Below the pieces are notes generated by a model. The model did not search any database and was not told the origin of the DNA. It worked only from the letters and a program-made list of their open reading frames with translations. From NCBI RefSeq assembly GCF_009914755.1, contig NC_060947.1: a stretch of DNA of 64,000 nt. The stretch is one strand, 5' to 3'. A program made the position numbers and the translations under genes. The stretch comes from the human T2T-CHM13v2.0 reference genome, Homo sapiens. Each line of letters starts with the position of its first letter. Positions within the stretch are counted from its first letter, which is position 1. This document shows positions 43,036 through 56,000 of the stretch, one piece after another.

Positions 43036-43709
43036 AACTTACATTCTAAATGGTAAGAAAACAAATACAATTTAAAAACCAAGAATGTTTTTCCCTTTAC
43101 AATGGTAAAAACTTTACCTATGCTTCATTAGTCACACAGAGAGGCAATATTACATGTTAAGTGAGCTTGAGGATACAATCCCTGTGATTTCCTACCCTGC
43201 AGGCCACCCTTGAGGGGCCAGAACCAATTCTAATTGGTATACCGGAGAGGCTGTCTCTCAGATCATGAACATAAGCCTTTTGCCATATCCCAGTTTACCA
43301 GAGAGAACATAAATTAGAAAATTTATCCAGCACCAGTTCATACAATCATAACCTGAAACTGGTTTTCTATTTGTCATTTCCCTTTGTGTGCCTTCTTTCT
43401 CAAAAATTTCACAAGAAGGAGTTCTAAGTTAATCTTGTTTTGGAACATTACCGGATCCTTGACCTGCTACCACTTAGTCACTCTGAAATCTCATCATCGT
43501 TTCTAACAGCTCTTAGTATATAGTCACAATCTGGCAAAGTCTGGAATAGTTGACTTACATACTATTTTGCTAATTTTTATTTGATAGGTTTTTGATTTAA
43601 GTGTGGCCATTTTTATATGGCCATCTTTTTCAGATATGCTATTCTGAGTTGCTTTTCAATTTCTTCTTGAAAAGCGCTCTCCTTTCCCAGCAAATTTTTC
43701 CATGGTCAG

Positions 43710-45972
43710 TGATATGGTTTGGCTGTGTCCCCACTCAAATCTCATCTTGAATTCCCACATGTTGTGGGAAGGATCTGGTGGGAGGTAATTGAATCATGGA
43801 GCAGGATTTTCCAGTGCAGTTCTCATGAAAGTGAAAAGTCTCATGAGATCTGATGGTTTTATAAGGGGGAGTTTCCCTTCACTAGCTTTTTTTTTGCCTA
43901 CCGCCATCCATGTAAGATGTTACTTGCTCCTCCTTGCCTTCCGCCATGATTGTGAGGCCTCCCCAGGCATGTGGAACTTTAAGTTCATTAACACTCCTTC
44001 TTCTTCTCAGTTTTGGGTATGACTTTATCAGCAGTGTGAAAATGGACTAATACAGTAAATAGGTACCAGTAGAGTGGGGCATTGCTGAAAAGATACCTGA
44101 AAATGTGGAAGCAACTTTGGCACTGGGTAACAGGCAGGGGTCGGAACAGTTTGGAGGCTCAGAAGAGGACAGGAAGATGTGGGAAAGTTTGAAACTTCCT
44201 AGAGACTTGTTGAATGGCTTTCCCCAAAATGCTGATAGCAATATGGACAATAAAGTCCAGGCTGAGGTGGTCTCAAATGGAAATGAGGAACTCTTTGGGA
44301 AATGGAGCAAAGGTGACTCTTGTTATGTCTTAGCAAGGAGACTAGCAGCATTTTGCCTCTGCCCTAGAAATGTGTGGAACTTTGAACTTCAGAGAGATGA
44401 CTTAGGGTATCTGGCAGAGGAAATTTCTAAGCAGCAAAGCATTCAAGAGGTTACTTGGGTACTGTTAATGGCATTCCGTTTTATAAAGGAAGCAGAGCAT
44501 AAAAGTTTGGAAAATTTTCAGCCTGACAATGTGATAGAAAAGAAAATCTCATTTTCTGAGGAGAAATTCAAGCTGGCTGCAAAAATTTGCATAAGTAATG
44601 AGAAGCTGAATGTTATCTCCCAAGAAAATGGGGAAAATGTCTTTGGGGCATGTCAGGGTTCTTCATGGCAACCCGTCCCATCACAGGCTCCAAAGTTTAG
44701 GAGGAAAAAAATGGTTTCATGGGCTGGGCCCAGGGTCCCTCTGCTGTATGCAGTCCAGGGACTTGGTGTCCTATATCCCAGATGCTCTAGCCGTGACTAA
44801 AAGGGGCCAAGTTGCAGCTTGGACTGTTGCTTCAGAGGGTGCAAGTGCCACGCCTTGACAGCTTCCATGTGGTGTTGAGCCTGCAGGTGCACAGAAGTCA
44901 AGATTGAGGTTTGGGAACCTCTGTCTAGATTTTGGAAGATGTATGGAAACGCCTGGATGCCCAGGAAAAAGTTTGCTGCAGGGGCATGGCTCTCATTGAG
45001 AAACTCTGCTAGGGCAGTGTGGAAGGGAAATGTGGGTCCAGAGCCCCCACACAGAATCCCTACTGGGGCACCACCTAGTGAAGCTATGAGAAGAGGGTCA
45101 CCATCATCCCGACCCCAGAATGATAGATCCAGCGACATCTTGCACTGTATGCCTGGAAAAGCTGCAGACAATGCCAGCCCAGGAAAGCAGCCAGAAGATG
45201 GGCTACACCCTGCAAAACCACAAGGGTTGAGCTGCCCAAGGCCATGGGAACCCACCTTTTGCATCGCTGTTACCTGGATGTGAGACATGGAGTAAAAAGA
45301 AATCATTTTGGAGCTTTAAGATTTGACTGCTCCGCTGGATTTTGGAATTGCATGGGGGCATGTAGCCCCTTTGTTTTGGCCAATTTCTCCAATTTAAAAG
45401 AGGTGTATTTACCCAATGCCTGTACCCCCATTGTATATAGGAAGTAACTAACTTGCTTTTGATTTTAGAGGCTCATAGGCAAAAGGGACTTGCCTTGTCT
45501 CAGATGAGACTGGACTGTGGACTTTTGATTTAGTGCTGAAAAGAGTTAAGACTTTGGGGGACTGTTGGGAAGGCATGATTGGTTTTAAAATGTGAGGACA
45601 TGAGATTTGGGAGGGGCTGGGTTGGAATGATATGGTTTAGCTGTGTCCTCACCCAAATCTCATCTTGAATTCCCACGTGTTGTGGGAGGGACCTGGTGGG
45701 AGGTAATTGAATCGTTGGGGCAAGTCTTTCCAGTGCTGTTATCATGGTAGTGAATAAGTCTCATGAGATCTGCTGGTTTTATAAGGGGGAGTTTTCCTGC
45801 ACAAGCTCTCTTTTTGCCTACCACCATCCAAGTAAGATGTGACTTGCTCCTTCTTGCCTTCTGCCATGATTGAGGCCTCCCCAGCCATGTAGAACTGTGA
45901 GTCAGTTAAAATCCCTTTTTCTTCCCAGTCTCAGGTACGTCTTTATCGGCAGTGTGCAAATAGACTAATACA
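43710..45972 (+). mobile_element. Full-length THE1A/THE1B MaLR provirus: LTR 43710-44054, internal 44055-45627, LTR 45628-45972
   Basis: Both LTRs run TGATATGGTTT...GACTAATACA; THE1-int between them; 5-bp TSD gtcag / ggcag (one mismatch). Confidence 0.95.
44105..44800 (+). pseudogene. Relic THE1-int (MaLR) ORF, 231 codons open
   Basis: Translation (GSEEDRKMWESLKLPRDLLNGF...DLGYLAEEISKQQ) is homologous to the broken frames of the other THE1 (10123..10410). Starts at GTG and shifts frame near RRKK. Confidence 0.7.
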
Positions 45973-46054
45973 GGCAGCTGTATTTGGAAGCTGCTATCCC
46001 ATAGCCACATCCTACCACTAGTTACTGACCTCTGCCATTTTCAATGCCAAATAG

Positions 46055-46330
46055 CATTTATTCATTTATTTACTCAAATAATATTTACTGAGAGGCTACT
46101 ATAAACTAGGTACTGTTCTAGGTGCCAGTGATACAGCACTGAATTTCAGGAAACATCCCTCTTCCACTGGAGCTTATTCTAGTGAGGAGAGACAAAAGAT
46201 AAACCAATAAACATAATGTATCAGATGGTGATAAGTGCTACGCAGGTAAAGCAAGTAGAGTGAAGCTAGTAGAGAGTGACAGAGGTAACATTTGGGACAA
46301 TACTCACTGTCAAGTGACATTGATCTTTCT
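46055..46330 (-). mobile_element. L2 3' end
   Basis: cattcatttatttactcaaataatatttactgagaggctacta...ctaggtactgttctaggtgccagtgatacag. Confidence 0.85.
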
Positions 46331-47674
46331 TACTCTCTATCCTCAACAGCTAAACTGTTTGAAGCTACAGAGATGGGGATATGTTCTAAACTGCCTAAAA
46401 ATACAGGGACGGTGGCACCAGAGACAGAAGTTAAGACTTAACGGTATTTTTCTGCTCTATTTTCTGATATTAATGTAGATGTTTCGCAGCCTTCTTTCTC
46501 CCTGGTGTTTCCAGTACCCCATGCTTCACTTCCACAATGTTCTATATTGCCCTTGTTGACCTGCCTTTTACATATATTTTGTTTTAGTAACTCTCCAGTT
46601 TCTTGCAAAGGTCATTTCCAGCCTTGACCATTGAAAATACAACACTAAAAAGTTTATTCAGTTCATCTTCAAAGTTTGTATCAATCAGAAGTAAAACCCC
46701 TACCTAGCCTTTAGAGCCCCCAGCCGCTAATGGAAGCATGTCAAGTCTTACTTATTGGACTATAATTGGGTATAATTTTCCCGAATGATTAACTTCCATT
46801 GCTGTAACTGTCTCTATGGTGATAAACATCAGTTGTGTATCTCTGGTCCACTTCTATATCCTAATCTCTAGAGTTTTATACCAATCCTCCTGCTAGATAT
46901 TGACCTTGCAATTAGGCACATGCAACTTTAATTCACTGTGTCAAAAAATAACTGGAAAATCTGCCCCTCGTTGCCCCTGCAACTTGTTGAATTTTCCATA
47001 TCTCCTCATGGCAATCAGAAGCCTGCCCCTCATCCTAGACTTTGTCCTCTCCTGCTTACCTTTCCCAGTTTTCCATCATTGAATCCTGACAATTCTACTT
47101 CTTATGTAATTTTCAAGTCATTGCCTTCCCCATTGCCACTAGCTTAGAATAGGACACCATCACTTCTTGCCTGAATTAAAGCAACTGTTGCACCTAACTC
47201 ATTATTTTATCAGATTTAATAATAAAAGAAATACTTGTCCCTTGTTACACGTTAAGCAATGCATAGGTGAATACGAAAATTAACAGCCCCCTTCTTTGTC
47301 TCTTTTATTTCCATTCTCTGAAGTAAAATGTGTTAAATAGGCAGCAGTCTGTTAACTGGTCTTTCTAAATTCAAAATTGCCACACAATATCTATTCTAGA
47401 CCCCAAAGCCTAAAATGATCCCTTTTGTGATGCAAGTAAGTTGCCTTCTCTTCTGCTTATCTACAGAATAAATGTAAAAATCCTGTAGCAGCGTTGCTTT
47501 ACTTCCCCTGTAATCTACTATAGATCTCAACACAGTGATTGTTGATAATTATTAATTTTTTCATATGGATATGTTAAAAAGATTGGTATCTTGTCAATAT
47601 AGACAACTGGTGATATATATGGACACAATCCCCATTTGTCTTCCTGAAAAGGCAAAGGGAGGGAGAGAACAATG

Positions 47675-47900
47675 GACAATATTTACTATGTGCCAGACTA
47701 TATACTAAATGTTTTCCATGATTTTTTTTTTCTTCACAAAAATCCTGGGTGGTAAGGAGTATTGTTACTTTCACTTTCCAACTGAGTATCACATAGAGAT
47801 AGACCAATTCATCCAAAGTCATCAACTTAATACGAGGAAGCACCATGATTTGAATCTAGTTGTGTCAGGACACAGAGGCTATATACATGAGCATACTATA
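47675..47900 (-). mobile_element. MIR SINE
   Basis: tttactatgtgccagacta...aactgagtatcacatagag...ccaaagtcatcaac. Confidence 0.65.
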
Positions 47901-48544
47901 TCCACACTGAAAACAATTCCGTAATTCCCTAAAACTAGTTCTTACTATAGAGGAATAAGGTAGAACCTATGTCTGTGTCAAGCCGCATTTTAGATCTTAA
48001 AATGTAGCATGCGAGGATGTTTCTCCTGAGTCATTCAACCAACTAACAAAAATAACATGTGTTTCTCTTTTTGGATCACTTATCCCCTACTATTGATGGC
48101 CTTCATTTTTTTTAAGCATTTGGAATTCTAATCACGTCTCAGCCTTTCCCTGGCACATCTGGTTGAGCTAATGCCAGCACCAAGATAATTACCCCACTTT
48201 CACTCTTTCTTTGTTATAGCTACTATCTTCTTATTATTCTGTCATACACATTAACTTCTAAAATTATAATATTTAATTAAATATTCAAATATAGTGGTAA
48301 GTGACAAGCTCTTACTATTTTTTTTGAAATAGGAGAACTTTCTAAAGCAAACATGTGCACATCACATGGTTATATCTAAGAACCAGATATTTAAAGATTC
48401 AAACTGAATATGTGTCCAAAAATACAAGCTCTAAAGAAAGCATGTTTTTAAATTATGCTATAATTATACAATAATAAGCTTTGAAAGACTAAATGCACAC
48501 AAATACAATTTTCTTAGATGCTACATGTATGGAAATGTGCTGAT

Positions 48545-50170
48545 TTCAATAAATACTTAACTGAGTTTATGCAGTGTTCAAGGTGCTATGGAAGATTCAA
48601 AAAGGAGTAAGACACAGAGGAATCTAACATAACACAGAGCAGAATAGAAAAGGGAGAAAAATGTGATGTAAGTCAAAATTCAGATGAGGGAGGCAGTACT
48701 TCTAGTTATTGATATCAGAAGAACTTTCGTGTGTCAGTATCTGAATCTGTCCCAAAAGGATGCGTAAGCTCTTAATGGAGAGAAATATGGAAGAAAGCAT
48801 TTCAAGCAGAATTGCCTGATTAAATATCGAGAGGTGGGAACGTGAGAGGCACCTTCGAGGAGTGATAAATAAGAAGTTTGGTTTGAGCACAAAATGTATG
48901 TAGGAAAAAAAGGAGAATAACCGTAGGAAGTATTAAACTCCATGCCCAGAAGTTTGCACTGCAAGTTTCATGTGTTAGAAAATGTGGGATAGAGAAGTGT
49001 AAGTAAAGCTTTATCAAGAAAATAAATCTGGAGCGGAAAGTGAATTAGGATAACATAGAGATAGATGGCAATTACAGAATTCCAGACAAAAAGCAATTGA
49101 TTGATACAATAATAAATCTTACTTGGTTTTCTACAAGTGCACCTAACTGATCCTCAATACAGCAGCAAGACAGAGATTTTTAAAATGCTTATCTAATCCC
49201 CTCGTTTTCATTCTTCCCTTGCATGAAAATGTATGACATGACCTTTGAGGTCCGGCATTGTCTGCCTGGCCCTGGCCTAGCTCTCCCACCACATTTCATG
49301 TCACTAGGTTTCAGCTTCACTGATCTTTTGGTTTCTCAAATAGACCAAGCACTTCCCGCCTTAGAACCTCAGCATGCACTATTTCCTTTGTCTCCTCTTT
49401 GTCCATTTATCACCTGGCTTGCTACTTTTTTTTCTTCATGCTTCTGTGACCTCCTACCCAAAGTAGAAACTTCTCTGTTATTCTCTGTGTCATCCTCTTT
49501 CATGTTTAAATCTATACCACCTAATACAGCTTAACTTTGGGTTGTTTCCAAACCAGATGCTCTTCATCTGTGGCTCCCTACTAGGTCTTAAGTGGCATGA
49601 GAACAGTGCCATGTCTTTTATTCCTACAGTCCCTGAGCCTTGCATAAAGTAGGCATTCAGTAAACACTTATTAAATAATGTTAAATATTCTGAAATTGTA
49701 TGGCAGCCACTGTAATAGTTACTGAAGAGATAGCTTGGAATAAGATAGTATTCTTACGGTCAAGTAGCTAATGGTCTAGAAAAGAGTCAAATATAAAAGC
49801 ATATTGTTACAACAATATGGGAACAAGAGTAGAGTCAAGCAGAAAAGCCAGTAGAATCTTCTAATTGTTAGGCAAGAAATGATGAGAGATGTTTAAGCAA
49901 AGCTACCAGCACTTTTACGGATGAGAGAAAGAATGGAGTCTAGGATGTCACTCTAACTTTTGGATGAAAAGAGAGGGGTAACAGTGGAAAGGAAATAAAG
50001 GAGCCATTGAGAAACATTTGAGAAGCAGAACGATAAAAGCTGGCAACTGATTGGACATAAGGTTTTGAGGAAGACAGGATCAAATCATGACTTATTCTTT
50101 AAGTATGAGCGATTGCAAGAATGATATTGTTATTACCCAAAATAAAGATTCTAGGAAAAGAAAGGAGGAA
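48545..50170. mobile_element. Cluster of L2 fragments in both orientations (minus about 48545-49100 and 49690-50170; plus about 49110-49680)
   Basis: caataaatacttaactgagtttatgcagtgttcaagg; ccttgcataaagtaggcattcagtaaacacttattaaat; gcaactgattggacat. Confidence 0.6.
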
Positions 50171-50224
50171 TATTAATAAAAATGAAAGATATATTCTTTC
50201 ATTTATTTATTCAGCCATTCATTC

Positions 50225-50388
50225 GTCCATTTATTTTTATTTTTCAGAAGCAGCGGGTGGGAGTGGGGTGGAGAGCAGGGAGGTTTTGCTATATTGCACA
50301 GGCTGGTCTTGAACTCCTGAACTCAATGGGTTCTCCCATCTCAGCCTCCCCAGTAGCCAGGTTTACAGGAACACACAGATAAACCTAG
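50225..50388 (-). mobile_element. FLAM (Alu left monomer)
   Basis: ttttgctatattgcacaggctggtcttgaactcctg...ctcccatctcagcctcccc agtagc; T-rich tail to the left; loose TSD agatatattctt / agatattcattctt. Confidence 0.8.
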
Positions 50389-51524
50389 GTGAGATATTCA
50401 TTCTTAATTTTCACAACCATCTCCCCAAACTTAAAGTTCGTTTTTATAAGGACAGTTTTGAGTTTATTTAAAATAGAAAATTTTGAAGTTTTGACTTGAG
50501 AACAACAAGCAGTTGTTCTCAAACAAGTTGTTTTCAAACAGTTTCATCAGCAGTGTCATAAGGTTGAAGAGAACTACCAAAAATAAACACTGAATTAGAG
50601 GCTCATCATTTTTTATATGGCTTCATCACCAATTACATCTTAGTCCACCATACCAAGAGATTGGTAAATATGTTTAAAGAGGAGAGATGTTATGCAGGGA
50701 GAAATATACTTTAAAAATAAGATTAAAATACATAATTATGACTATTAAAGAAAGTTAATAATTTTGACAAACTTTGGGAATAGGGAGCACTCACTAATGT
50801 TCCAAATAATGAATTTACAGGAAAGGTATGGTTAAAAATAATAAGGTAGCTTTCCAGACACAAAATGAGAATTTCAAATATTATTTTAGAAGAAATGGAA
50901 ACCAATGTGATGGTTAAGTTGGCTTGAAGTTTCTACAAACATCACTTTGAGCCAATATTCTACCTTCTGAACCTTCCCATTGGCAATGATTTATGTGCAT
51001 GAATAGTGCTCATGTACACATTCCCAATTTTCTATGGCCACTTGGAAAAAAATGGCCTCAGAATGGTGCCCAGAATTTAATTAAAATTCCCAACTGACTA
51101 AACTGACTTCAAATGGTATCATAACTAAACTTACGAAAGCTTTTCTGGAAAGAAATATGGCATTAATTCCAAGTCCCGCCACTATTAATCTTATTTGAAC
51201 ACACCAAACTTCATAATTCATACTGAAGCTGTCTCTACACTTGCATTTTCCAAGCAAAATTTATGTTTGGACAAATGAGCAACTTATTTAAAACGGTCTT
51301 AACAGATCAATATACATTTGTATTGATAGGAAATGATTTGCCAAAAAATTGTTGAGACAAAACAAAGACCTTTGTTGAGTAAACTTGACATGTTCAAACA
51401 TATATGCAAAGTTTTCAAAAAATAATTTCCATTTACCTAGTCGCCAGTGAGATTTTACCACGTGACTAATAATATTGCTGGGGATATTACTTAACAGTAT
51501 AACAACAAAATAGGAATGCAATAT

Positions 51525-51810
51525 ATCTTAGTAGAAAAAAATATGAACTTTTAAAGCAGATAGATCTAGATTAAAATATACGTTCTGCCACTTATTTATT
51601 GTGCAACTTTGGACAAAAAAATGTAAGTTCTTTATACCTCAGACTCCTGTGTTTTCAAAAGAGATTATGTCACTGATATCATATCACTGTCACAAGAATC
51701 AAATGAGCTAATGAAACAAATGCAACTAGAACAACTACTATATATTAATTAAAAAAATAAACTAGGATAGTGCCTGATACAAGGTACACAGTAGAGAGAT
51801 TTTTGGTAGT
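51525..51810 (+). mobile_element. MIR SINE
   Basis: ttctgccacttatttattgtgcaactttggacaa...cctcag...caagaatcaaatgagcta. Confidence 0.7.
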
Positions 51811-52489
51811 TTTTTATTTATTTTACATGAAAAAAATAGCCACGTGGCTATTGAAAAATGACTATTTTTTCTTGTACTTTTGGCATTTGCTTCTGTACAG
51901 ATGGAACTCTGGGTCAAAGCTCTAGGAAACACTGCGAAGCCTTCATTTATCATCATTCTTCTTCCTTCTGTTCATATTTAATTTATACTTCCATCTTTAA
52001 ATTCACTTTATTGAAGCTCCTTGTATATTCCAAAGTAGAATTAAATTTATTTCCTCCCAAATGCCTTCCCTACATCATGAGAAACCACTTACTGATTCAT
52101 TTCATCTCATTGCTATATTAATCTCATCTATCCCCCACACATGCTCAAGTTTTTGAGGATGGAGCCAGTGTTTAACTGACTTGTTCCCCAAGTGCACTAT
52201 GTTGATATAAGTGCTGCTGAGAGATGGCACAAAATTGACATATTGGGACTGTAGTGGAGGGGTAAGTTGTGTGGGCTAATGAAGGGAGTCCTGAATTGCT
52301 AGTTGTATGCCACTTAATTTGTTTTATGACAATTGATAAATCACTTAATCTTGAAGAATTTTCTTTTCTATAACAACAGGCTAAAATATCCATTCTGTGT
52401 GATTGATTTAGAGATTATGTGAACCATACATTATACAAAATAGGTGAGGAGTCCGATTTTCCAGTGGAAAAATCTGCAGGCATCATATT

Positions 52490-53025
52490 TTATTTAATTT
52501 TTTCAAATTGACATAAAATTCTATATATGTATTATGTACAGCATGTTTTGAAGTATATATACATTGTGGAATGGTGAAATCTAGCTAATTAACAACTGCA
52601 TTATCTCACATATTTGTAATTTTTGTGGTGAGAACACTTAATATCCTCTCTTTTGGCATATTTCGATAATACATGATATCATCATTAACTATAGTCATTG
52701 TGCTATACAATGGAGCCCTTGCACTTATTTTTCCTATCTGACGAATTATGTATCCTTTGATGAACACCCTCTCAACTCCTCCTTCCTTCTAACCACCTCA
52801 GCTTCTGGGAACCACCATTCTACTCTCTACTTCTATGAGATTAACTATTTTAGATTCCACATATGAGTGAGAACATGTGGTATTTGACCTTCTGAGCTTG
52901 TCTTATGTTACTGAACATAATGTTCTCCATGCTCATCTATGTTGTTGCAAATTACAGGATTTCCTACTATTTTAATGGCTGAATAGTAATTCATTTTGTA
53001 TATACACCATTGTATTTTTTCCATT
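52490..53025 (-). mobile_element. L1MA (about MA5-7) 3' end; resumes at about 60488-60590 after the L1PB
   Basis: tttcaaattgacataaaatt...ccaccattctactctctacttctatgag...atggctgaatagta; continuation cattttctttatccattcatcagttgatggac. Confidence 0.85.
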
Positions 53026-56000
53026 CTTTTAAAAATATTTTATTTTAATAAATTTAGCGGTACACGTGGTTTTTGGTCACATGAATGAATTGTATAGTGG
53101 TGAAGTCTAGGATTTTAGTGAACCTATCACCTGAGAATTGTACATTCTACCCAATAGGTAGTTTGTCAACCCTCCCTCAACCTACAACCTTTCCCCCTTC
53201 TGAGTCTCAAATTTATCGTCAATACTACTCTGTATTTCTTTTCATATTCATAGCTCAGCTCCCACTTACAAGTGAGAATACGCAGTATTTGGTTTTCAAT
53301 TTCTGAGTTTCTTCACTTAGAATAATGCCCCTCATTTCCATCTAAGTTGCTGGAAAAGACATTATTCCATTCGTTTTTTTATGGCTGAGTAGTGTTCCAC
53401 AGTGTATATATATCACATTTTCTTTACCCACTTATTGGTTGATTGGCACTTAGGTTGAATGCAATCTGCAGTTGTGAATTTTGCTGTGATAAACACACAC
53501 TTGCAGATGTCTTTTTGCTATAGTAACTTATGTTCCTTTAATTGGATACCCAGTACTGGGATTGCTGGATTGAATGGTAGATCCAATTATAGTTCTTTGA
53601 GAAATCTCCATATTGGTTTCCATAGAGGTTGTACTAATTTACATTCTCACTGGAAGTGGAAAAGTGTTCCTTTTTCACTGAATCCGTGCCAACATCTATT
53701 GTTTCTTGACTTTTTAATAATGGCCATTCTGGCTGGGGTAAGGTGGCATCTCATTGTAGTTTTAATTTGCAATTCCCTAATGATTATGGATTTTGAGCAT
53801 CTTAAAAATATGTTTGTCGGCCAATTGTGTATCTCCTTTTGAGAAATGTCTATTCATGTCTTCTTCCACTTTTAATAGAAGTATTTTGGTTTTCTTCTTA
53901 CTGATTTCCTTGAGATCCTTGTGGATTATGGATGTTAGTCATTTGTCAGATGCATAATTTGCAAATATTTCCCCAATTCTCTAAGTTGTCTGTTTACTCT
54001 GATGATATATCTTTTGCTGTGCAGAAGCTTTTTAGTTTAATTAGGTCCCATTTTTAAATTTTTGCTGCATTTGCTTTTGGGGGTCTTAGTCATTAATTAT
54101 TTGCCTAGATCCATGTCCAGAAGAGTTGTCCCTGTGTTTTTCTCTAGAATTTTATGGTTTTGGGTGTTTGATTTAAATCTTTATCTTGAATTAATTTTTG
54201 TACATGTTGAGAGATAGGGATCCAGTTTCATTCTTCCACATGTGGCTATTCAATTTCCCAGCACCATTTATTGAAAAGGATGTCTTTTCCCCAGTTTATG
54301 TTTAGGTATGTCTTGTCAGTGATTCATTAATTTTAAGTATTTGGCTTTATTCCTTGTTTCTCTATTCAGTTTCATTGGTCTATGTATCTACTTTTATACC
54401 AGTACCATGTTGTTTTGGTTACAATAGCCTTGTACTATAATTTGAAGTCAGGTGATGTAATGCCTCTAGATTTATTCCTTTTGCTTAGAAATGCTTTGGC
54501 TATTTGGGCTCATTTTTAGTTCCATAAGAATTTTAGGATTGTTTTTTCTAATTTTGTGAAAAATGACATTTATATTTTGATAGGAATTGCACTGAATCTG
54601 TAGTCTGCTTTGGGCACTGTCGTATTTTTTTATTTTATTCTTCCAATCCATGAACATGGGATGTATTTCCATTTGAGTCATCCATGATTCCTTTCAACAA
54701 AGTTTTGTAGTTCTCCTTGTAGAGATCTGTCACCTTATTGGTTAAATATATTCCTAGGTTTTTTTTTTTGTAACAATAGTAAAAGGGATTGGGTTTTTAA
54801 TTTGATTATCACCTTGGTTGTTGTTGGTGTATAGCAGTGCTGATTTATGTACATTGATTTTGTAACCTGAGACTACTAAAATCCTTTATCAGATCTAGGA
54901 GTATTCTGGAGGAGACTGTGGGGTTTTTCTAGGTAGAATTTTATATCATTGGCAAACAGATAGTTTGAAGTCATTTTTTCAATTTGGATATCCTTTATTT
55001 CTTTCCCTTGGCCTGATTTCTCTGGCTAGAATCTCCAGTACTATGATGAAAAGAAGTGGCAAAAGTGAGCATACTTGTCTTGTTCCAGTTACTGGGGGAA
55101 ATGCTTTCAATTTTTCCCTGTTCAGTATGATGTTTGCTGTGGGTTTGTCATATATGGTTTTTATTATTTTGAGGTGTGTCCTGTCTATGCCTATTTTGTT
55201 GAAGGTTTTCATTATAATGGTATGCAGGATTTTACTGAATGATTTTTCTGCATCTATGAGATGATCATACGGTTTTTGTTTTCAATTCTGTTTATGTGAT
55301 GAATCACATTTATTAACTTGTGTATGTCAAATCATCCCTGCATCCCTGGAATGAAACCTACTTGATCATGGTGATTTTTTTTTATGTGTTGTTGAATTTG
55401 AATTGCTAGTATTTTGTTGAGAATTTGTTTCATCTATATTCGTCAGGGATATTGATCTGTAGTTTCCTTTTTTTATTATGTCCTTTCCTGGCTTTGGCAT
55501 CAGGGTAATATTAGCTTCATAGAGTTAGGGAGGATGTCCTTATTCTCAATCTTTTGGAATAGTTTCAGCAGAATTGGTACTTATTCTTTGAATATCTGGT
55601 CTAATGTGGCTGTGATTCCATCTGGTCCTGAGCTTTGTTTGTTGGCACTTTTATTATGATTATTCTGATTGATTAAATCCCACTGCTTGTTATTTGTCTA
55701 TTCAGAATTTATATTTCTTCCTGATTCTTTCTGGCAGGGTTGAGTATTTACAGGAAAGCATTAATTTTCTCTAGATTTTCTAGTTTTTGTGCATACAAGG
55801 TGTTCACAGTAGTCTCAGATGATCTTTAGTATTTCTGTAGTGTCAGTTATAATGTCTACTGTGGTATTTCTATTTGAGTTTATTGGAATCTTATCTCCTT
55901 TTCTTGCTTAATTAAGCTAGTGGCCTATCAATTCTGTTCATCTTTTCAAAGAACCTACTTTTTATTTCATTGATCTTTTGTATTGCTTTATTTGTTTCAA

